Of a stretch of 32,000 bases of DNA, positions 8,321 through 17,931 are shown piece after piece; the first letter of the stretch is position 1; each line of letters opens with the position of its first letter. Both the position numbers and the translations under genes were made by a program. The stretch is from Propionibacterium freudenreichii subsp. freudenreichii (GTDB lineage: Bacteria; Actinomycetota; Actinomycetes; Propionibacteriales; Propionibacteriaceae), in NCBI RefSeq assembly GCF_000940845.1, contig NZ_CP010341.1:720001-752000 (forward strand). Reading direction: 5' to 3'. Below the pieces are notes generated by a model, which did not search any database, had not been told where the DNA came from, and saw only the letters and a program-made list of their open reading frames with translations.

Positions 8321-9841
8321 ATGTCACACAACATCATTCCCGACCTGAGCCAGCTCAAGGTCCTGTTCCTGGTGGGCAGCCAGGCCCTCTACGGCGAGGA
8401 GACGCTGCGTCAGGTCGACGAGCAGTCCGAGGCGATCCTCGCCCAACTGCGTGCCTCCAGCGACATCCCCGTCACCATCGAGCCGCACCAGCTGCTCACC
8501 GACACCGACGGCATCCACCAGGCGGTGTTGGCGGCGAACGCCGACCCGAGCGTGATCGGCGTCATCACGTGGATGCACACCTTCTCACCGGCGAAGATGT
8601 GGATCCGTGGCCTGGAGGCCCTGCAGAAGCCGCTGCTGCACTGGCACACCCAGGCAGGTGTCGCGCTTCCCTACGCCGACCTCGACTTCGACTTCATGAA
8701 CCTGAACCAGTCGGCCCACGGGGACCGTGAGTTCGGCTACATCCTCACCCGGCTGGGCATTGCCCGGAAGTCGGTGATCGGACACGTCTCCGATCCCCGG
8801 GTGACCCGCGAGATCGGCTGGTGGACGCGCGCCGCAGCCGGCTGGAACGAGGTCAATGGCCTCAAGGTGGCCCGCTTCGGCGACAACATGCGCTACGTGG
8901 CCGTCACCGAGGGCGACAAGACCGAGGCCGAAGCGGTCTTCGGCGTTGCGGTGAACACCTGGGCGGTCAACGAACTGGCCGACGCCATCGAGCGCGCCAG
9001 TGACGCCGAGGTGGCGCGCACCATGGCCGAATACGACGAGCAGTTCGAGGTGGTGCCCGAACTGCGGGCCGACGGTGCCCGTCGTGGCGCGTTGCGCGAT
9101 GCGGCACGGATCGAGGTGGGCCTTCGGGCCGTGCTCGAGGCCGGCGACTTCCATGCGTTCACCGACACCTTTGAAGACCTCGGCTCGCTGCCCCAGCTGC
9201 CGGGGATCGCGGTACAGCGCCTCAACCTGGATGGCTACGGCTTCGGGGCCGAGGGCGACTGGAAGACCGCGATCCTGGTGCGTGTGGCCAAGGTGATGGG
9301 CGCCGGGCTGCCCGGCGGGGCCTCCCTCATGGAGGACTACACCTATGACCTCACGCCCGGGGATGAGACGATCCTGGGCGCGCACATGCTCGAAGTCTGC
9401 CCCTCGCTGACTTCGCGCCGTGCGCGCCTGGAGATCCATCCCCTGGACATCGGTGGCAAGTCCGATCCGGTGCGTGCGGTGTTCACCGCCGATCCCGGCC
9501 CCGCCGTGGTGGTGGCCCTGTCGGACATGCGCGACCGCTTCCGGCTGACGGCCAATGTGGTGGACATCGTGGAACCCGAGCACTCGCTGCCCAAGCTGCC
9601 GGTGGGGCGGGCCTTCTGGAAGCCCCGCCCCAACTTCGTGACCTCGGCGAAGTCGTGGCTGGCCTCGGGTGCGGCCCACCACACGGTGATGTCATCGCAG
9701 GTGCCGGTGGAGGTCTTCGCCGATTTCGCCAGGATGGCCGGCACCGAGCTGGCGGTCATTGATGAGCACACCTCGCCGCAGGCGTTCCAGGATGCGCTGA
9801 ATTGGAACTCCGGGTATTACCGTCTTCATCGTGGCGTGTGA
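8321..9841 (+). CDS. araA: L-arabinose isomerase
   Basis: 506 aa, colinear with E. coli AraA as remembered ([78 protein letters not shown]). No disruption seen. Confidence 0.95.
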   Translation: MSHNIIPDLSQLKVLFLVGSQALYGEETLRQVDEQSEAILAQLRASSDIPVTIEPHQLLTDTDGIHQAVLAANADPSVIGVITWMHTFSPAKMWIRGLEALQKPLLHWHTQAGVALPYADLDFDFMNLNQSAHGDREFGYILTRLGIARKSVIGHVSDPRVTREIGWWTRAAAGWNEVNGLKVARFGDNMRYVAVTEGDKTEAEAVFGVAVNTWAVNELADAIERASDAEVARTMAEYDEQFEVVPELRADGARRGALRDAARIEVGLRAVLEAGDFHAFTDTFEDLGSLPQLPGIAVQRLNLDGYGFGAEGDWKTAILVRVAKVMGAGLPGGASLMEDYTYDLTPGDETILGAHMLEVCPSLTSRRARLEIHPLDIGGKSDPVRAVFTADPGPAVVVALSDMRDRFRLTANVVDIVEPEHSLPKLPVGRAFWKPRPNFVTSAKSWLASGAAHHTVMSSQVPVEVFADFARMAGTELAVIDEHTSPQAFQDALNWNSGYYRLHRGV

Positions 9842-9867
9842 GTCGCGGGATTTCCAGGGGGTCTGAG

Positions 9868-10905
9868 ATGGCTGCAGGAACGGCGCCGAATATTCGCGAC
9901 GTGGCCGAATTGGCGGGCGTGTCGCACCAGACCGTGTCGCGGGTGATCAACGACCACCCCAGCATCCAGCCGCAGACGCGGGCCCGGGTGGAGGCGGCCA
10001 TCAAGACGCTGGGCTATCGCCCCAACAGCGCCGCCCGCTCACTGGCGCGGATGCGCACCGGGCGCATCGGCGCGATCGTCGACAGCCCCGAGCACTTCGG
10101 GCCGATGAACACCCTGCGCGGCGTGGAGGTGGCCAGCCGACGTGCGGGCTATTTCCTCAGCTCGGTGTCGGTGAACGACGATTCGGTGGACGCCATCAAC
10201 CAGAGCCTGGAGTTCCTGCTCGACCAGAATGTCGAGGGGCTGTGCCTCATCGCCCCGCGACTTCCCCTGCTCGAGGTGATCCGGCGCCGTGGGTTGCAGA
10301 TTCCCAGCGTCGTGATCGCCACCGACACCGCCCACCTGGTGGATGACAACGGGTTGCAGGCCAGCGTCGACCAGGAGCTGGGCACCCGCATGATGGTCGA
10401 CTACCTGTTGGAACTGGGCCACACCCGCATCGCGCACCTGAGCGGACCCCATGACTGGGGCGACGCCCGCTCGCGCCGGGCCACCTTCGAGGCGACGCTG
10501 GCCGCGCACGGCCTGACGCCGGCCGCGATCGTCGAGGGCGACTGGAGCCCGGATTCGGGATTCGCCGCCGGTCCCGGACTCATCGAGGGCACCGGCGCCA
10601 CCGCCGTGTTCTCGGCCAACGACCAGATGGCCCTGGGTCTGGTGCACTATCTCAGCGAGGTGGGCCTGCGCGTGCCCGACGACGTGAGTGTCGTCGGCTT
10701 CGACAACACCCCCGAGTCGGCCCACATGATCCCGCCCCTGACCACCGTGCGCCAGAACTTCGAGAAGCTCGGCGAGATGGCGATCGGATCGCTGTTGGCA
10801 CGCATCAAGGGGGCCCGGGTCGAGCGTGAGACCCTGCGCACCCAGCCCTCCCTGGTGGTCCGGTCATCGGCCGGCCCACGTCCGGCGACGCAACGGTCAC
10901 GTTGA
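9868..10905 (+). CDS. LacI-family transcriptional regulator (AraR-like by context)
   Basis: N-terminal HTH (NIRDVAELAGVSHQTVSRVINDHPSIQPQTRARVEAAIKTLGYRPNSAARSL) followed by a periplasmic-binding-protein-like sugar-binding core. The start is set at ATG 9868; the ORF extends back to 9802 inside araA. Confidence 0.85.
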   Translation: MAAGTAPNIRDVAELAGVSHQTVSRVINDHPSIQPQTRARVEAAIKTLGYRPNSAARSLARMRTGRIGAIVDSPEHFGPMNTLRGVEVASRRAGYFLSSVSVNDDSVDAINQSLEFLLDQNVEGLCLIAPRLPLLEVIRRRGLQIPSVVIATDTAHLVDDNGLQASVDQELGTRMMVDYLLELGHTRIAHLSGPHDWGDARSRRATFEATLAAHGLTPAAIVEGDWSPDSGFAAGPGLIEGTGATAVFSANDQMALGLVHYLSEVGLRVPDDVSVVGFDNTPESAHMIPPLTTVRQNFEKLGEMAIGSLLARIKGARVERETLRTQPSLVVRSSAGPRPATQRSR

Positions 10906-11032
10906 TGTCGTCCCACGATTCCACGACCGCGCGTCGTGGCCCCACAATCTTCGTCGGGCTCCGGAACCAGCCCGGCGACGGTCGTTGTCGATTACGGCGT
11001 TCTCGTACGACACGGCGGTTTCATTTATTCGC

Positions 11033-11048
11033 GTGTGACCGATAACAG
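11033..11048. promoter_or_regulatory. Second candidate AraR-like operator, upstream of the ABC transporter genes
   Basis: GTGTGACCGATAACAG matches the 5680-5695 site at 13/16 positions (core TGTGACCGnTAACA). It lies 101 bp upstream of the binding-protein ATG. Confidence 0.4.
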
Positions 11049-11148
11049 ACGAAATGGACACCCGGGCATAGACGCTCTGGATTCCCCCCACCAAGATGCA
11101 GCTGGTCGATGTGACGGCCCTGCGCAGCTCGAACAAGGAGGTTCGATT

Positions 11149-12129
11149 ATGAGGAAGTTACTGAAGCTCATCGCGGCCCTGGGCGCCTTTGCCCTGGCCC
11201 TGACGGGATGCAGTGGCGGCGGTAGCGGTAGTGATTCGGGCAGCAGCTCGAAGACTCTCACCGTCGGCTTTGTGGCAGTTGGTCCCGAGGGCGGCTGGCG
11301 CACGGCGAACAAGACGAACATCCAGAACACCTTCAGCAAGGACAATGGCATCAACCTGAAGTACGCCCCGTCGGACAACGGCGACCAGGCGTCCCAGATC
11401 ACCGCCATGACCTCGTTCATCGATGAGGGTGTCGACGCGATCCTGCTGTCGGCCACCGAGGCCACCGGCTGGGAGAACGTGCTGAACCGTGCGAAGGAGG
11501 CCGAGATCCCGGTCTTCCTGTTGGACCGTGGCATTGAGCCCGACAACACCTCGCTGTATGCCTCGCGCATCGCCCCTGACAACGTCGCCATCTCCGAGAG
11601 CGCGGCCAACTGGGCCGTCAAGCAGTTCCCCGAGGGCGCCAAGTACGTCGTGCTGGAGGGGCCTGCCGGCCTGTCCGTGGTGAACGACCGCAACAAGGGC
11701 TGGGATTCGGTGATGTCCACCCATCCCGAGTTCCAGAAGATTGCCAGCCAGTCCGCGAACTGGTCCCAGAATGACGGCAAGTCGGTGACCGAGACGCTCC
11801 TGAAGGCCAACCCGGGCATCCAGCTGATCTTCGCCCAGAACGACGAGATGGGCCTGGGCGCCACCCAGGCAGTCACCGAGGCCGGGCTCACGCCGGGCAA
11901 GGACGTCAAGATCATCACGATCGACGGCACCAAGGCGGCCCTGGAATCCCTGTCCGCCGGACAGCTGAGCTTCGTGGCCGAGTACAACCCGCTGTTTGGT
12001 GACATTGCGCTGAATGCGGTGAAGAAGGCAAAGGCCGGAGAGCACGTCGATGCGCTCTACACCGTCGATTCGGTGACCTTCGATTCGCCGGAGGCCGCCA
12101 AGGCGGCCCTGCCGAACCGCGCCTACTGA
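11149..12129 (+). CDS. ytfQ: Sugar ABC transporter substrate-binding lipoprotein, YtfQ-like (furanose-binding family)
   Basis: AAGGAGG lies 8 nt upstream of the ATG. Lipobox signal MRKLLKLIAALGAFALALTGC. Colinear by eye with E. coli YtfQ (LTVGFVAVGPEGGWRTA; GVDAILLSATEATGWENVLNRAKEAEIPVFLLDRGI; AQNDEMGLGA). Confidence 0.85.
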   Translation: MRKLLKLIAALGAFALALTGCSGGGSGSDSGSSSKTLTVGFVAVGPEGGWRTANKTNIQNTFSKDNGINLKYAPSDNGDQASQITAMTSFIDEGVDAILLSATEATGWENVLNRAKEAEIPVFLLDRGIEPDNTSLYASRIAPDNVAISESAANWAVKQFPEGAKYVVLEGPAGLSVVNDRNKGWDSVMSTHPEFQKIASQSANWSQNDGKSVTETLLKANPGIQLIFAQNDEMGLGATQAVTEAGLTPGKDVKIITIDGTKAALESLSAGQLSFVAEYNPLFGDIALNAVKKAKAGEHVDALYTVDSVTFDSPEAAKAALPNRAY

Positions 12130-12266
12130 TCGAGCAGATCGCACCCGGCCCCACGGCCGGGAGTCCTCCTCCAACACATCGGCGGATGTGGGGCCCTGGC
12201 ACTGGGTCCAGGGCCCCACCCGCTCGATGTCAGCCGCTTCATCCAGCACATATCGAGGGTCTGAAC

Positions 12267-13799
12267 ATGACGGAACCCACGGCGCGAATCGTCGAAATGA
12301 GAGGGATCTCGATCGAGTTCCCCGGCGTCAAAGCGCTCCAAGATGTCGACCTCACTCTCTACCAGGGCGAAGTACATGCGCTCATGGGCGAGAATGGCGC
12401 CGGCAAGTCCACACTCATCAAGGCGCTCACCGGCGTCTACTCGATCGACTCCGGGTCGATCACCATTGCCGGGCGCAAGCGCACTCTCAACGGGACGGCC
12501 GACGCCCAGCGCGCTGGTGTCGCCACCGTCTACCAGGAAGTCAACCTCTGCACGAACCTGACCATCGGCGAGAACCTGATGCTCGGGCACGAGGCCCATG
12601 GTCCGCTCGGCATCAACTAGAAGAAGACCTACCAGCTGGCCAAGCAGGCCCTGGCGAGGTTCGGACTCGACCACCTGGATCCCCGGGCGCCGCTGTCCGA
12701 CCTGTCCATCGCCATGCAACAGCTGGTGGCGGTCAGCCGCGCCATGGTCATCGATGCGAAGGTGCTCATCCTTGATGAGCCCACCTCGAGCCTTGACGCC
12801 CACGAGGTGGAGAAGCTGTTCTCAGTGATGCGCAGGCTGCGTGACCAGGGCGTGGCGATCCTTTTCGTGTCGCACTTCCTCGATCAGGTCTACGAGATCA
12901 GCGACCGCATGACCATCCTGCGCAACGGCCAGTTCATCGGCAGCTACCGCACCCGTGAGCTCGACCGCACCACCCTGATCTCCAAGATGATCGGCAAGGA
13001 CTATTCCTCGCTGAGCACCATCGCCCGCGAGGCCGACGAGGTCGCGGGCACCGAGGCACGCACGCCGTTCATCAAGGTGCTCGGCCTTGGCCGCAAGGGC
13101 TCCATCGAGGCGGTCGACCTGGACCTGTTCGCCGGCGAGATCATCGGCTTCGCCGGCCTGCTAGGCTCGGGACGCACCGAGCTGGCCCGGCTGCTCTACG
13201 GCGCCGACAAGCCCGAGAGCGGCCAGATCGCCATTGACGGCAAGGACGTGTCGATCGGCTCACCGGCCACCGCCCTGAAGGACCGGATCGCCTATTCCAC
13301 CGAGAACCGTCGCGATGAGGGCATCATCGCCGACCTCACCGTGCGCGAGAACATCATCCTCGCCCTGCAGGCGCGTCGTGGATGGATCCGACCGATCCCG
13401 CGCCGTGAGCAGGACGCGATCGCCAAGAAGTACATCGAGGCGCTCAATGTGCGTCCCCCTGACCCCGAGAAGCTCATCAAGAACCTGTCGGGCGGCAATC
13501 AGCAGAAGGTGTTGTTGGCCCGCTGGCTCGCCACCGAGCCCCGGCTGTTGATCCTCGACGAGCCGACACGCGGCATCGACGTCGGCGCGAAGTCCGAAAT
13601 CCAGGAGGCCGTGGTCAAGCTCGCCAACGAGGGAATGTCGGTGATCTTCATCTCCTCTGAGCTGGAAGAGGTGGTGCGCCTCAGTCAGCGCATCCTCGTG
13701 CTGAAGGACAACCGGGCGATCGCGACGATCGCCAACGGACCCGATGTCAGTGCGAACACCATCGTCGACATCATCGCAAAGGAGGGTCAGGCAGCATGA
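12267..13799 (+). pseudogene. ytfR: Two-domain sugar ABC transporter ATPase, YtfR-like, interrupted by an in-frame TAG
   Basis: A single frame carries both ABC halves (Walker A GENGAGKST; signature LSGGNQQKV; Walker B LILDEPT twice). A TAG at 12618-12620 (..GPLGIN*KKTYQLAKQAL..) splits it into 117 and 393 codons. Total length is 510 aa, like E. coli YtfR. Confidence 0.8.
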
Positions 13800-14854
13800 A
13801 AGCCATCGTCAAGAACCAATATTTCTGGGGCATCATCGCACTTGTCCTGCTGATCATGGTCGATGTGATCAAGGACCCCTCGTTCATCCAGATCACAGTC
13901 AGCAACGGGAACCTCTATGGTTCCCTGATCGACATCCTGCGGGGAAGCGCCCCGGTGCTCATGATCGCGATCGGGATGACCTTGGTGATCGCCACCGCTG
14001 GCATCGACCTGTCGGTGGGTTCGCTGATGGCCGTGGCAGGTGCGGTGTCGATGGAGTTCCTGGCATCAGCTGCGAATTCCGGATCCACCGGCGCCGTGCT
14101 CACGGCGCTGGGGCTGTCCCTGCTGGTCACCGTCATTCTGGGCGCCATCAACGGCTTGTTGGTCTCCGTAGTGGGTCTACAGCCCTTCATCACCACGTTG
14201 ATCATGATGATGACCGGTCGTGGCATCGCCAAGGTGATCACCGGGGGACAGAACACCTCGGCCCGCAGCGACGGCTTCGCGTGGATCTCCACCGGAACCG
14301 TGTTCGGGTTCCCCGTGGCGTTCGTGATCGCCATTGCCATCGTCGCCCTGGTGGCGCTCGTGGTGCGACGCAGTGCCCTGGGCATGACCATCGAATCGGT
14401 GGGCATCAACCAGCGGGCCAGCCGCATGGCCGGCATCAAGCCGCTGTACATCCTGTTCTCCGTCTACGTGATCAGCGGCCTGCTGGCTGGCATGGCCGGC
14501 GTGTTCGCCACGGCGAACGTGATGACCGTCGAGGTCTCCAAGACCGGCATGGACATGGAGATGGACGCGATCCTCGCGGTGGTCATCGGCGGCACCTCGC
14601 TGGCCGGCGGACGCTTCTCACTGGGCGGCAGCGCCATCGGCGCGCTGCTCATCACCACGCTGAACCGCACCGTGACCTTCCTCAACGTGCCCTCGGCGGC
14701 CACGCCGGCGTTCAAGGCCGCAGTGATCATCATCGTCTGCCTGCTGCAGTCCGAGCGGGTGCGCAATCTGTTCAAGACCCTCAAGCGCAGCCGACGCGTG
14801 GTCGAGGCCGCTCCGGCACGGGTCGAAGAGGTCAAGGAAGTGGTGGCGGCATGA
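13796..14854 (+). CDS. ytfT: Sugar ABC transporter permease, YtfT-like
   Basis: 352 aa, multi-TM, with an ATGA overlap onto the ATPase stop. YtfT-like blocks: IDILRGSAPVLMIAIGMTLVIATAGIDLSVGS, LQPFITTLIMMMTGRGIAKVIT, EMDAILAVVIGGTSLAGGRF. Confidence 0.85.
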   Translation: MKAIVKNQYFWGIIALVLLIMVDVIKDPSFIQITVSNGNLYGSLIDILRGSAPVLMIAIGMTLVIATAGIDLSVGSLMAVAGAVSMEFLASAANSGSTGAVLTALGLSLLVTVILGAINGLLVSVVGLQPFITTLIMMMTGRGIAKVITGGQNTSARSDGFAWISTGTVFGFPVAFVIAIAIVALVALVVRRSALGMTIESVGINQRASRMAGIKPLYILFSVYVISGLLAGMAGVFATANVMTVEVSKTGMDMEMDAILAVVIGGTSLAGGRFSLGGSAIGALLITTLNRTVTFLNVPSAATPAFKAAVIIIVCLLQSERVRNLFKTLKRSRRVVEAAPARVEEVKEVVAA

Positions 14855-15879
14855 GCGCCCAGACACTCAACGCGGCGGTGCCCACACGCGCACTGCCCAG
14901 CTGGCTCAAGATCGATCGCAAGCGCATCCCGACCCTCGCGTCGGTGGTCATCTTCCTCATCATGATCATCTACGGGCAGGCGGCCTACGGCCAGACCCTG
15001 ACGATGAGCACGGCCTCCAACCTGCTGATCAACAACGCCCACCTGATCATCCTGGCGGTGGGCATGACCTTCGTGATCCTCACCGGGGGCATCGACCTGT
15101 CGGTGGGGGCGGTGATCGCCTTCAGCTCGGTGCTGGGCGCCCAGCTGCTCAATGCCGGCTGGAATCCCGTCCTGGTGATGGGGATCATCGTGGTGGTGGG
15201 TGGCCTGTTCGGGCTGGCCTCCGGCGTGCTGGTGCAGTACTTCAGGGTGCAGCCCTTCATCGCCACCCTGGCGATGATGTTCCTGGCGCGCGGCCTGGCG
15301 TCCATCCTGAGCACCACGCCGATCCGACTGGACGACGCCTCGGGGTTCCGCACCCTGGCCACCCAGTGGAAGGTGATCGACGGTCCGAAGGTGAATGACC
15401 TGGTGATCACGCCCAATGTGCTGATCGCCGTGGTGGTGGTCGTGGCCGGCTTCTTCATCCTGCACCGCACCCGCACCGGGCGCACGGTCTATGCGATTGG
15501 TGGTTCGGAGCCCTCGGCGGAGCTGATGGGCCTGCCGGTGAACCGCACCAAGTACCTCATCTACGTGATCAGCGGATTGTGCGCCGGCATCGCCTCGGTG
15601 GTGTACACCTCCAAGCTCGGGATGGCGCAGAACGTGACCGGCGTCGGCTGGGAGCTTGATGCGATCGCTGCCGTGGTGATCGGCGGCACCCTGCTGCTGG
15701 GCGGGGCGGGCTATGTGCTCGGATCGGTGCTCGGCGCGCTCGTGCTGGGGCTGATGAATGTGCTCATCGCCCGTGACGGCAGCATCCCGCCCGAGGCGAC
15801 CACCATCATCACCGGCGCCATCCTGCTGCTGTTCGTGCTGCTGCAGCGAGCGGTGGTGAAGCGCGACCACAACGACTAG
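14851..15879 (+). CDS. yjfF: Sugar ABC transporter permease, YjfF-like
   Basis: 342 aa, with an ATGA overlap onto the upstream permease. Blocks: LAVGMTFVILTGGIDLSVGAV, VQPFIATLAMMFLARGLA, ELDAIAAVVIGGTLLLGGAGY. Only the C-terminal part of the listed 711-aa ORF is in this real frame. Confidence 0.85.
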   Translation: MSAQTLNAAVPTRALPSWLKIDRKRIPTLASVVIFLIMIIYGQAAYGQTLTMSTASNLLINNAHLIILAVGMTFVILTGGIDLSVGAVIAFSSVLGAQLLNAGWNPVLVMGIIVVVGGLFGLASGVLVQYFRVQPFIATLAMMFLARGLASILSTTPIRLDDASGFRTLATQWKVIDGPKVNDLVITPNVLIAVVVVVAGFFILHRTRTGRTVYAIGGSEPSAELMGLPVNRTKYLIYVISGLCAGIASVVYTSKLGMAQNVTGVGWELDAIAAVVIGGTLLLGGAGYVLGSVLGALVLGLMNVLIARDGSIPPEATTIITGAILLLFVLLQRAVVKRDHND

Positions 15880-15930
15880 CCGCGCAGCGGCGTCGCACAT
15901 CGTACGGATTTCCCCCCGTCCATGTCGGAC

Positions 15931-15977
15931 CGACGGCAGTGCAGGTCACCAGAAATGGCCGACCGGCACTGCCGTCG
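15931..15977 (+). terminator. Perfect 12-bp inverted repeat downstream of the transporter operon (possible U-tract-less terminator)
   Basis: CGACGGCAGTGC (15931-15942) pairs perfectly with GCACTGCCGTCG (15966-15977) across a 23-nt loop, 52 nt after the yjfF stop. There is no T-run, so function is uncertain. Confidence 0.3.
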
Positions 15978-16173
15978 TCATGTTCGGCGGGGCGTGGTTG
16001 ACATGTTGACGGCGGTCGGGCTCGTGCGGGGCGGTCAACGTCCTGGCACGCTGCATGGTTGTGTGAATGCCCGTGGCCGGGGGCACCCGAACGTGACGGT
16101 GCGGCGCTGCACTGCGCGTCCATGGGTCCCGCGGGGCCGGGGCTCTTGCGCTGCACGCAATAGACTGGGCATC

Positions 16174-17727
16174 ATGCCTGCGAGCCATGATCTTGTGCTG
16201 GTCGTCGACTATGGGGCGCAATATGCGCAACTCATCGCGCGACGCGTCCGTGAAGCACATGTTTATTCAGAAATTGTCCCCCATGCCATGAGCGTCGACG
16301 AGATGGTGGCCAAGAAGCCGACCGCCATCATCCTGTCGGGCGGACCGGCGTCGGTCTACGTGCCCGATGCGCCCAAGGTCGACCCCGCCCTGTTCAGCAC
16401 CGGTATCCCGGTGTTCGGCATCTGCTACGGCTTCCAGCTGATGGCCGGGGCCCTGGGCGGCACCGTCGAGCACACCGGAACCTCCGAGTACGGGCGCACC
16501 AGCGTGGCCATTGACGACACCGGCGTGCTGTTGCACGACCTTGACGACATCTCCAGCGTGTGGATGAGCCATGGCGACTCGGTGACCGCGGCCCCCGCGG
16601 GATTCGCGTCGTTGGCCCGCACCGCCGGCGCTCCGATCGCTGCCTTCGAGGCGCCCGAGCGCAAGCTCGCGGGCGTCCAGTGGCATCCCGAAGTGGCCCA
16701 TACCGAACGCGGCCAGGAAGTGATCGAGCACTTCCTGTTCGACTTCGCCGGCTGCAAGCCGACGTGGACCAGCAGCTCGATCGTCGACGACCAGGTGTCC
16801 AGGATCCGCGCCCAGGTGGGCGACAAGCGGGTGCTGTGCGCCCTGTCGGGCGGTGTCGATTCGGCAGTCGCCGCAGCGCTGGTGCAGCGTGCGATCGGCG
16901 ATCAGCTCACCTGCTGCTTCATCGACCACGGCCTGCTGCGCAAGGGCGAGGCCGAGCAGGTGAAGCACGACTTCGTCCAGATCACCGGCGTCGACCTGGT
17001 GGTGGCCGACGAATCCGAGCGCTTCCTGTCCGCGCTGGCCGGCGTCTCCGAGCCCGAGGCCAAGCGCAAGATCATCGGGCGCGAGTTCATCCGTAGCTTC
17101 GAGGACGTGGCGCGCCAGATCGCCGGCGACAAGGGCATCGACTTCCTGGTGCAGGGCACCCTGTATCCCGACGTCGTGGAGTCCGGCGGCGGTGACGGCG
17201 CGGCGAACATCAAGAGCCACCACAACGTCGGCGGGCTTCCCGACGACCTGCAGTTCACCCTCATCGAGCCGCTGCGCGCCCTGTTCAAGGACGAGGTGCG
17301 TGCCGTCGGTGCCGAGCTCGGACTGCCCGACTCCATGGTGTGGCGCCAGCCGTTCCCGGGGCCGGGGCTGGGCATCCGCATCGTCGGGGAGATCACCCAG
17401 GACCGCCTCGACCTGCTGCGTGAGGCCGACGCGATCGCGCGCGAGGAGCTGACCGCGGCCGGGCTCGACCGCGAGGTCTGGCAGATGCCGGTGGTCCTGC
17501 TGGCCGATGTGCACTCCGTCGGCGTGCAGGGCGACGGACGCACCTACGGGCATCCGATCGTGCTGCGTCCGGTCAGCAGCGAGGACGCCATGACCGCCGA
17601 CTGGTCGCGCCTGCCCTACGACCTGCTGGAGAAGATCAGCACCCGCATCACCAACCAGTGCCCCGAGGTGAACCGCGTCGTGCTTGACGTGACCAGCAAG
17701 CCGCCGGCCACCATCGAATGGGAATGA
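16174..17727 (+). CDS. guaA: GMP synthase (glutamine-hydrolysing)
   Basis: GATase domain ([35 protein letters not shown]), ATP-PPase P-loop ([10 protein letters not shown]), and C-terminal dimerisation domain ending PPATIEWE. The start is at ATG 16174; the upstream 84 codons of the ORF have no homology. Confidence 0.95.
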   Translation: MPASHDLVLVVDYGAQYAQLIARRVREAHVYSEIVPHAMSVDEMVAKKPTAIILSGGPASVYVPDAPKVDPALFSTGIPVFGICYGFQLMAGALGGTVEHTGTSEYGRTSVAIDDTGVLLHDLDDISSVWMSHGDSVTAAPAGFASLARTAGAPIAAFEAPERKLAGVQWHPEVAHTERGQEVIEHFLFDFAGCKPTWTSSSIVDDQVSRIRAQVGDKRVLCALSGGVDSAVAAALVQRAIGDQLTCCFIDHGLLRKGEAEQVKHDFVQITGVDLVVADESERFLSALAGVSEPEAKRKIIGREFIRSFEDVARQIAGDKGIDFLVQGTLYPDVVESGGGDGAANIKSHHNVGGLPDDLQFTLIEPLRALFKDEVRAVGAELGLPDSMVWRQPFPGPGLGIRIVGEITQDRLDLLREADAIAREELTAAGLDREVWQMPVVLLADVHSVGVQGDGRTYGHPIVLRPVSSEDAMTADWSRLPYDLLEKISTRITNQCPEVNRVVLDVTSKPPATIEWE

Positions 17728-17746
17728 CCCACGCCTGACGCAGGCC

Positions 17747-17792
17747 CTGACGCCCCGACCCCGCCTCCCAGCGGGGCCGGGGCGTCAGTTTT
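17747..17792 (+). terminator. Rho-independent terminator after guaA
   Basis: CTGACGCCCCG-A-CCCCGC [CTCCCA] GCGGGG-C-CGGGGCGTCAG followed by TTTT. About 17 bp of GC-rich stem, 20 nt after the guaA stop. Confidence 0.7.
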
Positions 17793-17931
17793 GTCAGTGG
17801 CGCCTGCCAGACTTGTCCCATTCGTGCCGATGAATCGTTGGCGCGGCTGCAGGGCGGCGTTGGCACCACGATGTGCCATCGACATATCCGGGGGAATTGC
17901 GCCGCAACCCCGCCGAAGATGAAGGATTTCC

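Noticed and set aside
10921-10939. Palindrome CCACGAC-CGCGC-GTCGTGG just after the regulator stop, considered as a LacI operator.
   Set aside because: It has no TGT/ACA arms and no second copy near araB. Its position 16 nt after the stop codon fits a small terminator or attenuating hairpin better. It was left unannotated.
12618-12620. The TAG as a recoded codon (pyrrolysine or programmed read-through).
   Set aside because: There is no contextual evidence: no pyl genes in the window and no downstream recoding structure noticed. The co-occurrence with three frameshifts in the same pathway makes simple inactivation more parsimonious.
13744-15879. 711-aa plus-strand ORF spanning both sugar permeases.
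   Set aside because: Its first ~370 codons are an out-of-frame shadow over the YtfT-like gene (Arg/His/Gly-rich, no TM pattern). Only the part from ATG 14851 is the real YjfF-like permease.
15998-16050. A riboswitch or other structured leader upstream of guaA.
   Set aside because: I could find only short, unconvincing stems and two direct copies of GCGCTGCAC. Nothing matched a riboswitch class that I can recognise by eye.
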